From the sequence record NC_071147.1: DNA of 45,696 bases. One strand, written 5' to 3'. The position numbers were made by a program, and so were the translations under genes. The DNA comes from Klebsiella phage KP591P1. Positions 18,079 to 27,097 of this stretch are shown in pieces. The notes under the pieces were generated by a model that was not told where the DNA came from, made no database searches, and was given only the letters and a program-made list of their open reading frames with translations. Within the stretch, counting starts at the first letter, position 1, and every line of letters starts with the position of its first letter.

Positions 18079-18522
18079 ATGGCAAATCCGAACCCTAAGC
18101 ACAAATTTTCATCCAGCAATCAGCCGCCACCAAGAGGAAAAAGCTACAGAACTGTGCTTCTTGAAGCATTGCGTGCTGCAAATACGCCGATGAATGAGAT
18201 TGAATTCGTCACGTACTACATCAACAAGGCGATGACATGCGAAGACGCTCAGGCTACCGGCATGCTGCGTGAGATATTCCTGCGACTGAACCCAATTCCA
18301 AAGCCTGTAGCGCCCCCCGTTGAGTTTGATTTTCCTGCTGACGGCACACCTGTACAGAAGATGGATGCGATTATCAAGGGCGTCTCTACTGGCGTTGTTC
18401 CGGCCGACATTGGCAAGATGATGGCGGACATTCTGAAGGCAGGGCTTGACATCGAAGAAGTAACAGAGCTTGCGGCGCGCCTTGAGCGACTTGAGAAATT
18501 ACTGGAGCAGGAGAATGTTTAA
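18079..18522 (+). CDS. putative terminase small subunit
   Basis: immediately upstream of terL; N-terminus MANPNPKHKFSSSNQPPPRGKS resembles terS N-terminal motif; RBS AAAGGA. Confidence 0.45.
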   Translation: MANPNPKHKFSSSNQPPPRGKSYRTVLLEALRAANTPMNEIEFVTYYINKAMTCEDAQATGMLREIFLRLNPIPKPVAPPVEFDFPADGTPVQKMDAIIKGVSTGVVPADIGKMMADILKAGLDIEEVTELAARLERLEKLLEQENV

Positions 18523-18670
18523 ACTATCAATGTCATTAATGGTCTGCGCAATGCTTATGTTTGCTATGGGCGATAAGTCAAACGAGATTGCATTTGCGAT
18601 ATGGGGCATCATGTTCATGATGGCAGCAACAATAATTACTATTGTGGGAACATCCCGCCATGGCTCGTAA
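18515..18670 (+). CDS. small membrane protein (51 aa) between terS and terL
   Basis: MFKLSMSLMVCAMLMFAMG...IMFMMAATIITIVG; overlaps both neighbours. Confidence 0.3.
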   Translation: MFKLSMSLMVCAMLMFAMGDKSNEIAFAIWGIMFMMAATIITIVGTSRHGS

Positions 18671-20090
18671 ACGCCTCTCTGCACTGGCAATCGAAAAGCT
18701 GGAGGCGCAGGTGGATGATGTGCTTACGGAGGTCGCAGAGTCCGCCATTTTCGGCATCTGCGATATGCAGAAGAACGTCATCAAGCGCCTCAGAATGACC
18801 GCTACGGGCGTGGAGGATGTTACCCATGCAACCACTCAAGCAGACCACTTAATCCCCGCAAAACTCGAAAGGCTGCTCTATCCGAAGCGTAATAAGATTG
18901 CTTTCGGAGGGCGAGGGTCATCGAAGACCAGAACTGTAACAACCATACTCACCGAGCGAGCCAGGTTCCGCCCTGAGCGCATTGCTTGCTTCCGCGAGAT
19001 TCAGCAATCCATCGAGGATAGCTCATATCAGGAGCTGAAGGACGAAATTGATCGCAAGGGAGAAACCAAAGAGTTTCGCGTTATCAACAATGAGATAACC
19101 CACAAAGGCACGAAGGCAAAGTTCCGCTTTAAAGGTCTGTATCGCAACCAGACCACAGTAAAAGGCTTCGCTGGCATTACAGTCGCCTGGGTCGAAGAGG
19201 CGGAGAACGTCAGCCAGACCAGCTGGGAAATACTCACACCAACAGTCCGCGCCGAAGGTTCAGAGATATGGGTGACTTTTAACCCAAACAAAGAACATGA
19301 CCCAACGTGGAAAATATGGGTTGAGCCTTTTTATAATAAATTGCGCGAAAATGGCGGCATCTACGAGGACGATGAGAACCTGATTATCGAGTGTAATTAC
19401 TCAGATAATCCGTGGTTCTGGGATACTCCGCTTCCAAGCCAAATGCAGCGCATGAAAGAGACTGACTTCGACCGCTATCAATGGGTGTGGGGTGGTCGCT
19501 TTAATAAGCGCAATGATGAGCAGGTATTTGGTGGTAAGTGGCGAGTTGCTGATTTCGAAATTAAACCGGAGTGGCACGGCCCTTACTTTGGCATAGACTT
19601 CGGATTCTCGCAGGACGCAACAGCGATGGTTGAGGTTTACATTGAGCAACTTCCTGATGACCGCCGCAACCTGTACATCGCGCGCGAGTACGGCCGCGTG
19701 GGCCTTGAGATTACCGACACGCCTACAGCGATGGAGCAATCATTCCCACTCTCCAGGAAGGCAAGATGGTATGGGGACTGCTCTCGTCCAGAAACAATCA
19801 GCCACATCAAACGCGCAGGATTTGATATCCACCCATGCAATAAGTGGCCAGGAAGCGTGGAGGAGGGTGTGACATGGCTCAGGGGTTGCGACAACATCAT
19901 CATTCACGACCGCTGTACGCAGACGCAAGAAGAGTTCACTATGTACAGTTACAAGGTGGACAAGCTGACAGGTAACGTGCTCACAAATATTGTGGATGCG
20001 TGGAACCACTTCATTGACGCAATCAGGTACGCATGCAACGATCACATCGTACAGCGCGGCTCTGGATGGATTAGAAGGAGCAGGAGATAA
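18660..20090 (+). CDS. terL: terminase large subunit
   Basis: ATPase motif FGGRGSSKT, Walker B, C-terminal nuclease domain; 476 aa. Confidence 0.85.
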   Translation: MARKRLSALAIEKLEAQVDDVLTEVAESAIFGICDMQKNVIKRLRMTATGVEDVTHATTQADHLIPAKLERLLYPKRNKIAFGGRGSSKTRTVTTILTERARFRPERIACFREIQQSIEDSSYQELKDEIDRKGETKEFRVINNEITHKGTKAKFRFKGLYRNQTTVKGFAGITVAWVEEAENVSQTSWEILTPTVRAEGSEIWVTFNPNKEHDPTWKIWVEPFYNKLRENGGIYEDDENLIIECNYSDNPWFWDTPLPSQMQRMKETDFDRYQWVWGGRFNKRNDEQVFGGKWRVADFEIKPEWHGPYFGIDFGFSQDATAMVEVYIEQLPDDRRNLYIAREYGRVGLEITDTPTAMEQSFPLSRKARWYGDCSRPETISHIKRAGFDIHPCNKWPGSVEEGVTWLRGCDNIIIHDRCTQTQEEFTMYSYKVDKLTGNVLTNIVDAWNHFIDAIRYACNDHIVQRGSGWIRRSRR

Positions 20091-20095
20091 GAAAA

Positions 20096-20118
20096 AGCCC
20101 CGTTGCCGGGGCTGTTTG
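20096..20118. terminator. bidirectional rho-independent terminator
   Basis: AGCCCCG TTGC CGGGGCT GTTTGGTT with A-run upstream. Confidence 0.7.
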
Positions 20119-20119
20119 G

Positions 20120-20443
20120 TTATGCGTTGATGATAAAATTAAACGCGCCAGTTTTTCCTGTTCTCTCAACGTATTCAGCATATTTCTGATTGATGCCACC
20201 TTTAAAACTGGCAGCCATCGGCGCAAGGATTTCATACATTGCAGCAGCAAAGGTGGAGCGCTTATCTTCATCAAATGCCAGGTATTCATTGGTCATCTGC
20301 TGCTGCCTCTGAAAGAAGTTCACAATTTCTTCATGGATGACCACCATAACTTCTTCGTCAGTAATTTCAGCAGTAACACGCGCTTTAACACTCTCAACGA
20401 TGAGCGGTGCTACTTTTTTGAACTGGCTCAGGATGTTTTCCAT
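20120..20443 (-). CDS. hypothetical protein (107 aa; start moved to internal ATG with RBS)
   Basis: RBS AAGGAAATCAAA-ATG; upstream ATG of track ORF lies inside promoter elements. Confidence 0.4.
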   Translation of the reverse strand: MENILSQFKKVAPLIVESVKARVTAEITDEEVMVVIHEEIVNFFQRQQQMTNEYLAFDEDKRSTFAAAMYEILAPMAASFKGGINQKYAEYVERTGKTGAFNFIINA

Positions 20444-20490
20444 TTTGATTTCCTTGCTTATCTTCGGCCCCACGCCGACCCAATGATTAC

Positions 20491-20519
20491 AATCTACATC
20501 AACCATGAATCCACGTCAA
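20491..20519 (-). promoter_or_regulatory. leftward promoter built from two motif copies 17 bp apart (TTGACG-17-TAGATT)
   Basis: AATCTACATCA (20491) and AATCCACGTCA (20508) on plus strand. Confidence 0.45.
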
Positions 20520-20532
20520 TATTTATAATAAA

Positions 20533-20823
20533 TTATTTGTAAAGCCAGCAATGAATCCCCGCATTGCGCATGGCGGCATAAATCACATCATCAGACACTA
20601 CCGCCATTGCCACCCTGTCAGCGTCAATCTGTTGGTGCGAAGCCATGATGTCATCATAGAAAATATCGTTAGCATGCAGCCACTCATACGCATGCTTTGC
20701 TCTCATGATAAGCACATCGTGACCGGCAGAGTAGGGCGACTTAGCCAGCGCAACGTTGCCAGCAATAGCATTTCCCTCAGCATCACGCAGCACGCCATCA
20801 AGCTCGAAAATGACACATTTCAT
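20533..20823 (-). CDS. small protein with HAD-like motifs (FELDGVL, VVSDDVIY)
   Basis: 96 aa; N-terminal VIFELDGVL resembles HAD motif I with Glu at nucleophile position. Confidence 0.35.
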   Translation of the reverse strand: MKCVIFELDGVLRDAEGNAIAGNVALAKSPYSAGHDVLIMRAKHAYEWLHANDIFYDDIMASHQQIDADRVAMAVVSDDVIYAAMRNAGIHCWLYK

Positions 20824-20849
20824 AAGATTTCTCCGAGAGGTTTCATTTT

Positions 20850-20877
20850 AATCTACGCCATGCTAGAATCTACGTCA
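20850..20877 (-). promoter_or_regulatory. leftward promoter built from two motif copies 17 bp apart (TTGACG-17-TAGATT)
   Basis: AATCTACGCCA (20850) and AATCTACGTCA (20867). Confidence 0.45.
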
Positions 20878-20911
20878 AGGCGCATTGACATAACTACATC
20901 ACCGGGGCATC

Positions 20912-21205
20912 ATGAAGGCATATTCATCTTTTTCGTGGGAGCAGAAGGAAAAAATATACTCACTCGCAAGAGCTGGTGTGTCGGATGAGGCGCTGTGCGA
21001 AAGGTACGATGTTGATGAGGCCATTCTGCTGCGCATGTATGATGAAGTGCTGTGTGAGTTGCAGCGGCGACGTGGTTATAGTGGCCTGAAGACGATTAAT
21101 GATTTCTTTCGGAATGTTGAATTGACTGGTGATGGTGATGATAAAGAAAAAGCTGCAAATGAAGATGCGCAAAGCTGCAATGGAGAAGTACACGGAAAAA
21201 ATTGA
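20912..21205 (+). CDS. hypothetical protein (97 aa)
   Basis: ORF after promoter region. Confidence 0.4.
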   Translation: MKAYSSFSWEQKEKIYSLARAGVSDEALCERYDVDEAILLRMYDEVLCELQRRRGYSGLKTINDFFRNVELTGDGDDKEKAANEDAQSCNGEVHGKN

Positions 21206-21545
21206 TATTAGTTTTATTGATGGCGTTGGCATGTACAATCACGCATGCCATCTGAATGCAGTGAATCGCGCAAGGTCAGGAAACAGCGCAGCCGTGGTTG
21301 AGGTTGTTATGATTAATGATGACTCTGTGACAGCGCATTACATCAACATGCAGGCTGATGGTAAATTTGTTGATTACACTCTTGGGTGGCACTGGTCAGG
21401 GGCTGATTACCGATTTGTGCGATACGTTCCTTTCACTGAATGGAGTGATATAACCAGCTCTCTTGAGCGTCTCAAGGCAGAACTTTGCAAGCCAGTCAGC
21501 AAATGGGTGCGCGCCTTTATGTTAACCAATAACGAAATGTGTTGA
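21129..21545 (+). CDS. hypothetical protein (138 aa; overlaps upstream ORF by 77 nt in another frame, alternative start 21180)
   Basis: GGTGATGG RBS-like before 21129. Confidence 0.35.
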   Translation: MMVMIKKKLQMKMRKAAMEKYTEKIDISFIDGVGMYNHACHLNAVNRARSGNSAAVVEVVMINDDSVTAHYINMQADGKFVDYTLGWHWSGADYRFVRYVPFTEWSDITSSLERLKAELCKPVSKWVRAFMLTNNEMC

Positions 21546-21553
21546 GGTGATTT

Positions 21554-21736
21554 ATGATTATTGAAGGTGAATATTTTCACGATGTTAAGTTGTTTCTAAG
21601 CGACAGCGGAGCGCTGCATTGTTCGCAGCAAAATGATGGGACCGGAAGAGATGACAAGTTAATCATCGACAAACACCAGGCTGCGCAGCTTATCGAAGTC
21701 CTGCAACGCTGGGTTGATGGCGAGGAGATTGAGTGA
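21554..21736 (+). CDS. hypothetical protein (60 aa)
   Basis: coupled ORF chain. Confidence 0.35.
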   Translation: MIIEGEYFHDVKLFLSDSGALHCSQQNDGTGRDDKLIIDKHQAAQLIEVLQRWVDGEEIE

Positions 21737-21921
21737 TGAGCATTTACTTTATTCACGCGGAAGTTCTGAGTGGAGGGAAGGTAGTGGCGAAGGCTTGCGC
21801 CATTGCGTACTCCGACTCTGCCGATGATGCTTTTGATTGGTTTATGGGCAGCGAGGAGGTGGCAAGATATAAGAATGGCGGGAGAGATGTAGTAATTGAT
21901 AAACTAGAAAAGGTGGAATGA
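21733..21921 (+). CDS. hypothetical protein (62 aa)
   Basis: ATGA overlap. Confidence 0.35.
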   Translation: MMSIYFIHAEVLSGGKVVAKACAIAYSDSADDAFDWFMGSEEVARYKNGGRDVVIDKLEKVE

Positions 21922-22121
21922 TGAAACGATTCATTTTGGCATGGGTATATCTCTTTGCAGTGTATATGGCATGCCTTGCACTGGCCTTCCCGGTATGCTG
22001 GTTCATCAAATGGCAGCCGCCGATGCTGAGTGATATCATGAATATCGGCGTGCTGCGCATTACTGTATTTCTGCTGGTTGCGTCTATGGTTGGCGCGTTG
22101 TTTCTTAGTAAAATTGATTGA
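21918..22121 (+). CDS. small membrane protein with two TM segments (holin-like topology)
   Basis: FILAWVYLFAVYMACLALAF and VLRITVFLLVASMVGALFL. Confidence 0.35.
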   Translation: MMKRFILAWVYLFAVYMACLALAFPVCWFIKWQPPMLSDIMNIGVLRITVFLLVASMVGALFLSKID

Positions 22122-22127
22122 GGTGAA

Positions 22128-22427
22128 GTGATGAGTTTGTTCCAATGTGAGAATTGTGGGTGCGTAGAGAATACTGCGTTATCGTCTCAGGGTTTTAATG
22201 GCTTCTTTGAAGAGATGTATGACTGGTCGTATGCGCCAGAGAGGAAGGGTAAGCGATTATGTTCAGCGTGCGGACCAGTTAAATACAGCGATGGCGAAGA
22301 TACTGAATATGGCAAGTGGCACAATGTTTTTACGAGAGAATACTTACCAAAAGGAATGTTTGTAACCAATGGCGTAGGTAATCTATCGCACCGCGAACTG
22401 GCGATGATGATTATCATAAATATGTGA
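22128..22427 (+). CDS. Cys-rich zinc-binding protein (99 aa)
   Basis: CENCGC...CSACGP. Confidence 0.4.
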   Translation: MMSLFQCENCGCVENTALSSQGFNGFFEEMYDWSYAPERKGKRLCSACGPVKYSDGEDTEYGKWHNVFTREYLPKGMFVTNGVGNLSHRELAMMIIINM

Positions 22428-22500
22428 TAAAGATTGAAAATGAGAGACCAAACCAACCATTCTTCGATTAGTACATCGCACCACCCCGCCGTGCTATAAT

Positions 22501-22526
22501 CCCATCCATGCGATGGGATTTTTTAT
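22501..22526 (+). terminator. hairpin plus T-run immediately after a TATAAT hexamer, 10 nt upstream of portal gene
   Basis: CCCATC CATGC GATGGG ATTTTTTAT. Confidence 0.45.
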
Positions 22527-22535
22527 GGTGACGAA

Positions 22536-23978
22536 ATGTCAAATTTAGAGGCGGTAAACGCCTATATTCAGCAGCGAGTGGCGAACAATAACAGGCTCAT
22601 CGAGCGGCAGCGCCGGGAGTTTGGCGGTGTAAACATAGACCAAAAGCATACCAGGCTGTATGTCGAATGTGGCTACCCTGAAGAAATCACCGCTGAGATG
22701 TTCCGCTATGCCTATGAGCGCTATGCACCGGCAGCCGCTGGCGTCAATCGCGTACTCGATAAGTGCTGGCAGACTCCGCCGCAAATCCTTCAGGAAGGCG
22801 CCGATGATAAAGCAAGCACCCCGTGGGAGAAAGCAGCCAATAAGCTGTTCAAGCGCGCTGCTCCGTTCATCAAGGATGCTGACCGCCGCAACCTCATCAA
22901 CCGCTATTCCGGCCTCATACTGCAAATCCGTGACGGAAAGCAGTGGAATGAGCCGGTAGATACCACGAAAACAAAACGCATCAAGGATGCCGCCATTGTC
23001 CGTTATATTCCGGCATGGGAAGAGCAGCTTCGTGTTAGCGAGTGGGAAAATGACGAATCCAGCGAGGACTATGGTCAGCCGAAGATGTACGAATATCAGG
23101 AGTCGGTAGTCGGCGCCTGCAACAGCGATGGAAAACCAACGCGCTCCCTGAGCATTCATCCTGACCGCGTCATCGTATTTGCCGAGGGTGCGATGGATGG
23201 CTCCATTTACTCTGGCGTTCCGCTTCTGCGTGCAGGGTATAACCACCTCATCGATATGGCGAAAGTCACCGGCTCAAGCGCCGAGGGCTTCCTGAAGAAT
23301 GCGAGCCGACAGCTCAACGTTAATTATAATAAAGACAACGTTTCCGCGCAGTCTCTGGCGCAGCAAATGGGCGTGCCGCTGGAAGAACTGGCGGACGTGC
23401 TCAATGAGGATGTGGCGCGCCTGAATGAGGCGATTGACGCAGCGATGTTCACGATGGGCGCCGATGTCAAAGTGCTCTCAGTGACACCAGCAGACCCAGG
23501 GCCAACATGGACTATTGCAGCCAACCAGTTTGCGGCGTCCATCAAAAAGCCATTCACCATCCTGTTTGGTCAGCAGACTGGCCGCCTTGCGTCCGATGAG
23601 GATAAAACCGACGACGCCATGAGCGCTAAACAGCGCCGTGAGGACTGGCTGGACTACATCATCTCGGTATTCATTGACCGGATGATTTCCTTCGGCATTC
23701 TGGATAAGGCGCCAGAGAGCGGTTATTACTGCAAATGGGATGACCTGCTTGCACCTTCCGAGCTGAACAAGGCTGAGCTGCTGGTTAAACTTGCCACCGC
23801 AAACAAATCCGTATTCGACGCAGGCCAGATGGCCTTGATGACAGCAGATGAGATGCGTGGCATTGTTGGTATGGAGCCTCTGGAAGAGCAGCTTCCTGAC
23901 GGATTGCAGGAAGGTCAGCAGCAAGACCAGACAGACGACCAACAGCAGGGCCAGACCGATGCGCCTCCTCAAAATTAA
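22536..23978 (+). CDS. portal protein
   Basis: 480 aa, first large gene after terL, acidic Gln-rich C-terminus; followed by head morphogenesis gene. Confidence 0.7.
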   Translation: MSNLEAVNAYIQQRVANNNRLIERQRREFGGVNIDQKHTRLYVECGYPEEITAEMFRYAYERYAPAAAGVNRVLDKCWQTPPQILQEGADDKASTPWEKAANKLFKRAAPFIKDADRRNLINRYSGLILQIRDGKQWNEPVDTTKTKRIKDAAIVRYIPAWEEQLRVSEWENDESSEDYGQPKMYEYQESVVGACNSDGKPTRSLSIHPDRVIVFAEGAMDGSIYSGVPLLRAGYNHLIDMAKVTGSSAEGFLKNASRQLNVNYNKDNVSAQSLAQQMGVPLEELADVLNEDVARLNEAIDAAMFTMGADVKVLSVTPADPGPTWTIAANQFAASIKKPFTILFGQQTGRLASDEDKTDDAMSAKQRREDWLDYIISVFIDRMISFGILDKAPESGYYCKWDDLLAPSELNKAELLVKLATANKSVFDAGQMALMTADEMRGIVGMEPLEEQLPDGLQEGQQQDQTDDQQQGQTDAPPQN

Positions 23979-24903
23979 TGCCCGGCTTCCGCAGCCAAAA
24001 TTAAGCATGAGTCTGACAGACCCACTCGGCGCAGTGGGTCGCGTCAATAAGATGGTACGCGATGTTGACGCCAGATATGTGACGCTAAAATCCAAGACTG
24101 CCGAACTGTTCCGCACCATTCCTGTAGCAACCGGCAATGCTGAGGCTGGAAATTATTATTATGATTTCTCCGTCTACCGCGCATCGACATTCTTTGATGA
24201 GCTTCAGCGCATTCTTGATGGTCAGTTGCTGGAAGGCGATGATTTCACGCATGGAAGGCTATGGGCCTCATCTTATATCAGTGATGCCATGTATGCTGGT
24301 ACACAGAAGGCTAACTCAGACCTGAGCGACCTGTCGTCGGCATACAAAGACAGCAGGCCGCTTGCTGAAATACTGTACTCTCAGCCGTATCTAGACAGAC
24401 TTCAGCTTGCGTACACGCGCACGTATAACGATTGGGGTGGCCTTTCAGATTACACGCGGCAGCAGGTGGCTGAAGTCATCACTGCTGGCATTGCAAATGG
24501 CGACGCTCCGGGAGTGGTTGAGCAAAACATCGTTAATCGCATGGACGTATCAAGGAGCTATGCGCGATCAATTGCTCAGACTGAAATCACCAACACCCTG
24601 CGTGAGGCTAACAGGCGCGAAGTGAAAGAGGCGCAGGTCACGCTGGGTATGGATACCATCATGCTCTGGCAGTCGGCGCTTATGAAAACCACCCGCGTCA
24701 CTCATGCTGCGCGTCATGGGAAGTATTACACCCCGGAAGAGATTGATGAGTTCTATAGCGAGGGCGCAAACCGCCGTAACTGTCACTGCGCACAGACTCC
24801 AGCCCTGGTGATGGATGGCAAGCCAGTTATACTTGAGAAGACGCAAGAGAGACTCGATAAGCAGCGTGAAGCATGGCAGGATACACACAAGAAAGCCGCC
24901 TGA
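23959..24903 (+). CDS. head morphogenesis / minor capsid protein (SPP1 gp7 / Mu F-like); alternative start 24013
   Basis: position after portal; ~300 aa with basic C-terminus typical of the family. Confidence 0.5.
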   Translation: MRLLKINARLPQPKLSMSLTDPLGAVGRVNKMVRDVDARYVTLKSKTAELFRTIPVATGNAEAGNYYYDFSVYRASTFFDELQRILDGQLLEGDDFTHGRLWASSYISDAMYAGTQKANSDLSDLSSAYKDSRPLAEILYSQPYLDRLQLAYTRTYNDWGGLSDYTRQQVAEVITAGIANGDAPGVVEQNIVNRMDVSRSYARSIAQTEITNTLREANRREVKEAQVTLGMDTIMLWQSALMKTTRVTHAARHGKYYTPEEIDEFYSEGANRRNCHCAQTPALVMDGKPVILEKTQERLDKQREAWQDTHKKAA

Positions 24904-24927
24904 TGGCGGCCTCTGTTAACGTTTTTT
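24895..24927. terminator. bidirectional terminator; stop codon TGA of head morphogenesis gene lies in hairpin loop
   Basis: GCCGCC TGAT GGCGGC ... GTTTTTT. Confidence 0.5.
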
Positions 24928-25038
24928 AATGAACCCTCCGCAACCACACTTTGGGCACATCGTATATCGAATGCCTGGCTTTTCAAGTCTGTCGCGGTTG
25001 TGATGTTCGTGCTTGCATGCCACGCAGATGATAATCAT
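24916..25038 (-). CDS. small zinc-ribbon protein (40 aa)
   Basis: MIIICVACKHEHHNRDRLEKPGIRYTMCPKCGCGGF; GGAGGA RBS; TAATG overlap. Confidence 0.3.
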   Translation of the reverse strand: MIIICVACKHEHHNRDRLEKPGIRYTMCPKCGCGGFIKKR

Positions 25039-25901
25039 TAATCCTCCAGCTTCACGCCTGGAATTTTACCTGCTGCGATGGCGTCGTAGATGTCTGCTGC
25101 GTCCTGCTTTGTTGATGTGCCAGCATCCAGAATTTCATAAATAACTCTCAGTGACTCATCGCGCTTCCGATCGGCTTCTGAGCGGATGGGACGGAAAACT
25201 TGCTTTTCAGATGGTGTTATTCCGTAATAAGTTTCTCCAGACGGTTTAATCACAACCTTGTCGCCATCCACCCCAATAACTACTACAGACCCCCAAGATG
25301 TATCGTTACTGATAAACTCACACTCACAACCAACAGGCGGCAAGCCTTCGCCATTCCAAACCGGCGCAGCATCCTGGCCGATACACTCATTCAGGTCGGC
25401 TTCGTCATCCGCTTCTGCCTGCTCTGTTTCCAGCGGCTTGTGCAGGCGGTAGGCGATTATGTCATTATCTTGTGCGCTATCTCGCCAGAAAGCGAATGAG
25501 GCATCACGACTGCTTGGTGCTAAATCATCCGCAGGAAGCGAAAATAGCTCCTCCCCGTCACGGTAACGCACATCAACCAGAGTTCCCCTCGGCACCGGGC
25601 ATTCACCGCCACCCCACTCAATCCAGCCGTCATTTTTGGCAGCCAGCGCGGCTTCGTACTGTTCGCGGGTGATGATAGCGGTGTCGTAGTCTGATGCCAG
25701 ACGAAGAGAATCGCTGGCCGGAAACGAGTAGCCTTCCCATGCTGATGAATATCGCCAAGTTCCATGCTCGTTAGTTTCCAGTCCGTCCGCAGTTTTATAG
25801 TTATTGGTCGCCTTGTCTGAGTCCTGCGTGATAGCCACTACGCCTTCCGGCCACCCGCCGCGCTTCGGCAATTCTTCAACCAAAATATCAATCAGCTTCA
25901 T
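25038..25901 (-). CDS. hypothetical acidic protein (287 aa)
   Basis: ORF in leftward operon, coupled to neighbours. Confidence 0.5.
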   Translation of the reverse strand: MKLIDILVEELPKRGGWPEGVVAITQDSDKATNNYKTADGLETNEHGTWRYSSAWEGYSFPASDSLRLASDYDTAIITREQYEAALAAKNDGWIEWGGGECPVPRGTLVDVRYRDGEELFSLPADDLAPSSRDASFAFWRDSAQDNDIIAYRLHKPLETEQAEADDEADLNECIGQDAAPVWNGEGLPPVGCECEFISNDTSWGSVVVIGVDGDKVVIKPSGETYYGITPSEKQVFRPIRSEADRKRDESLRVIYEILDAGTSTKQDAADIYDAIAAGKIPGVKLED

Positions 25902-26029
25902 TTCTTCTCTCCGTTATAAATGCTTTTCAGTTCACCCATCACACTCAGCCATGCCGTGTGCTCATCCATTCCGCGCATCACCAGCTTTACGTAGCGATTG
26001 CGGGCCTTAAACATCAGACGCGGGCACAT
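25898..26029 (-). CDS. hypothetical small protein (43 aa)
   Basis: TAATG and ATGA overlaps link it to both neighbours. Confidence 0.25.
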   Translation of the reverse strand: MCPRLMFKARNRYVKLVMRGMDEHTAWLSVMGELKSIYNGEKK

Positions 26030-26319
26030 TACAGGTCACCCATGCTTGATACGCAAAGCGCAATTGTGATTGCCTTGATTTCTTTCGGCGTTTTGTTAGG
26101 CATTGAGTAGGCCATATTCACTGTTGCGCCAAGCACCTTGTTGGCATCCACTCCGTACTCAGGACTTTGTGCTACCGCCATTGCTACGCTCTGTGGAACG
26201 CCAGAATCACGAGCGTCTGCCGCTGCGAATCCAACCTCACCAACCTTGTCGCACACCTCACCCGCAGATGCGCCAAAGGAAGACATTGCGATAATTGCTA
26301 CTGCGATTAATTTTTTCAT
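26029..26319 (-). CDS. small secreted protein with signal peptide
   Basis: MKKLIAVAIIAMSSFGASAGE; RBS CAGGAGAG. Confidence 0.5.
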   Translation of the reverse strand: MKKLIAVAIIAMSSFGASAGEVCDKVGEVGFAAADARDSGVPQSVAMAVAQSPEYGVDANKVLGATVNMAYSMPNKTPKEIKAITIALCVSSMGDL

Positions 26320-26340
26320 TTCTACTCTCCTGTGTTTGCG

Positions 26341-26393
26341 TATCTACATCATCGCCCATGATTTAATCTACGTCAATAGGATTATGATAAAAT
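26341..26393. promoter_or_regulatory. divergent control region: motif copies TATCTACATCA and AATCTACGTCAA (leftward TTGACG -35) plus rightward extended -10 TATGATAAAAT
   Basis: sequence match. Confidence 0.45.
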
Positions 26394-26417
26394 AATCCGC
26401 ATCACCGGAGGTAACAA

Positions 26418-26855
26418 ATGAAACTATCAACGCGCGGAAAGAATTTAATTAAATCTTATGAGGGACTGGTTCTCGCGGTCTACCCTGACCCGGCTACCGG
26501 CGGCGCTCCGTACACCGCAGGATATGGCCACACCGGGAGCGATGTTAAGCCGGGAATGAAGGTAACTCAGGCAATGGCTGACGCATGGTTTGATAAAGAC
26601 GTTGCGAAGTTTGAAAGTGGCGTCTCATCACTCATTACTGCGCCGACAACTCAGGGCCAGTTTGATGCAATGGTGTCGCTTGCCTACAACATCGGCCTTG
26701 GCAACTTCGGCAAATCAACGCTGCTGAAAAAGCATAACGCCCGCTGTTATACCTGTGCCGCTGACCAGTTCCGGGTATGGAATCGCGCCAATGGCAAGGT
26801 CATGAGCGGACTGACCAAGCGCAGGGCAGCAGAACGTCAGGTCTACATGTCATGA
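26418..26855 (+). CDS. endolysin (lysozyme, T4/lambda R-like glycoside hydrolase)
   Basis: YEGLVLAVYPDPATGG...TAGYGHTG motif block; no N-terminal TM (not SAR). Confidence 0.75.
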   Translation: MKLSTRGKNLIKSYEGLVLAVYPDPATGGAPYTAGYGHTGSDVKPGMKVTQAMADAWFDKDVAKFESGVSSLITAPTTQGQFDAMVSLAYNIGLGNFGKSTLLKKHNARCYTCAADQFRVWNRANGKVMSGLTKRRAAERQVYMS

Positions 26856-27097
26856 GGCGGCTAACTAACTGGTTCATCGGCGCGTGGATATCATTCTGCT
26901 CGCTGATTCAGTTCTGGCCTGATGCGATGGTTCACGTATGGGCCTTTATGCCAGAAGACCTCAAGTCTGCCATCCCGCCGGTTGCAGTGAAGGCAATCAG
27001 CTACAGTATTCTCGTAGCCTCCATGCTGGGCAAGATGCACGGCATGAGGAAGGAAAATAAGGCGCTGAAAAATGATTCTGCAAATCCTCAAGGCTAA
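26852..27097 (+). CDS. putative holin (81 aa, two TM segments)
   Basis: WFIGAWISFCSLIQFW and AIPPVAVKAISYSILVASML; ATGA overlap with endolysin. Confidence 0.45.
   Translation: MRRLTNWFIGAWISFCSLIQFWPDAMVHVWAFMPEDLKSAIPPVAVKAISYSILVASMLGKMHGMRKENKALKNDSANPQG

Noticed and set aside
20885-20911. Perfect TTGACA at 20885 as the -35 of the 20912 gene's promoter
   Set aside because: Only 21 nt from the ATG, so no room for a spacer, -10 and leader; may serve a different start or be fortuitous.
22545-24137. Minus-strand ORFs 22545-23246 (233 aa) and 23478-24137 (219 aa) inside portal and head genes
   Set aside because: Antisense shadows of strongly supported plus-strand genes; Arg/Leu/Ser-rich low-complexity translations.
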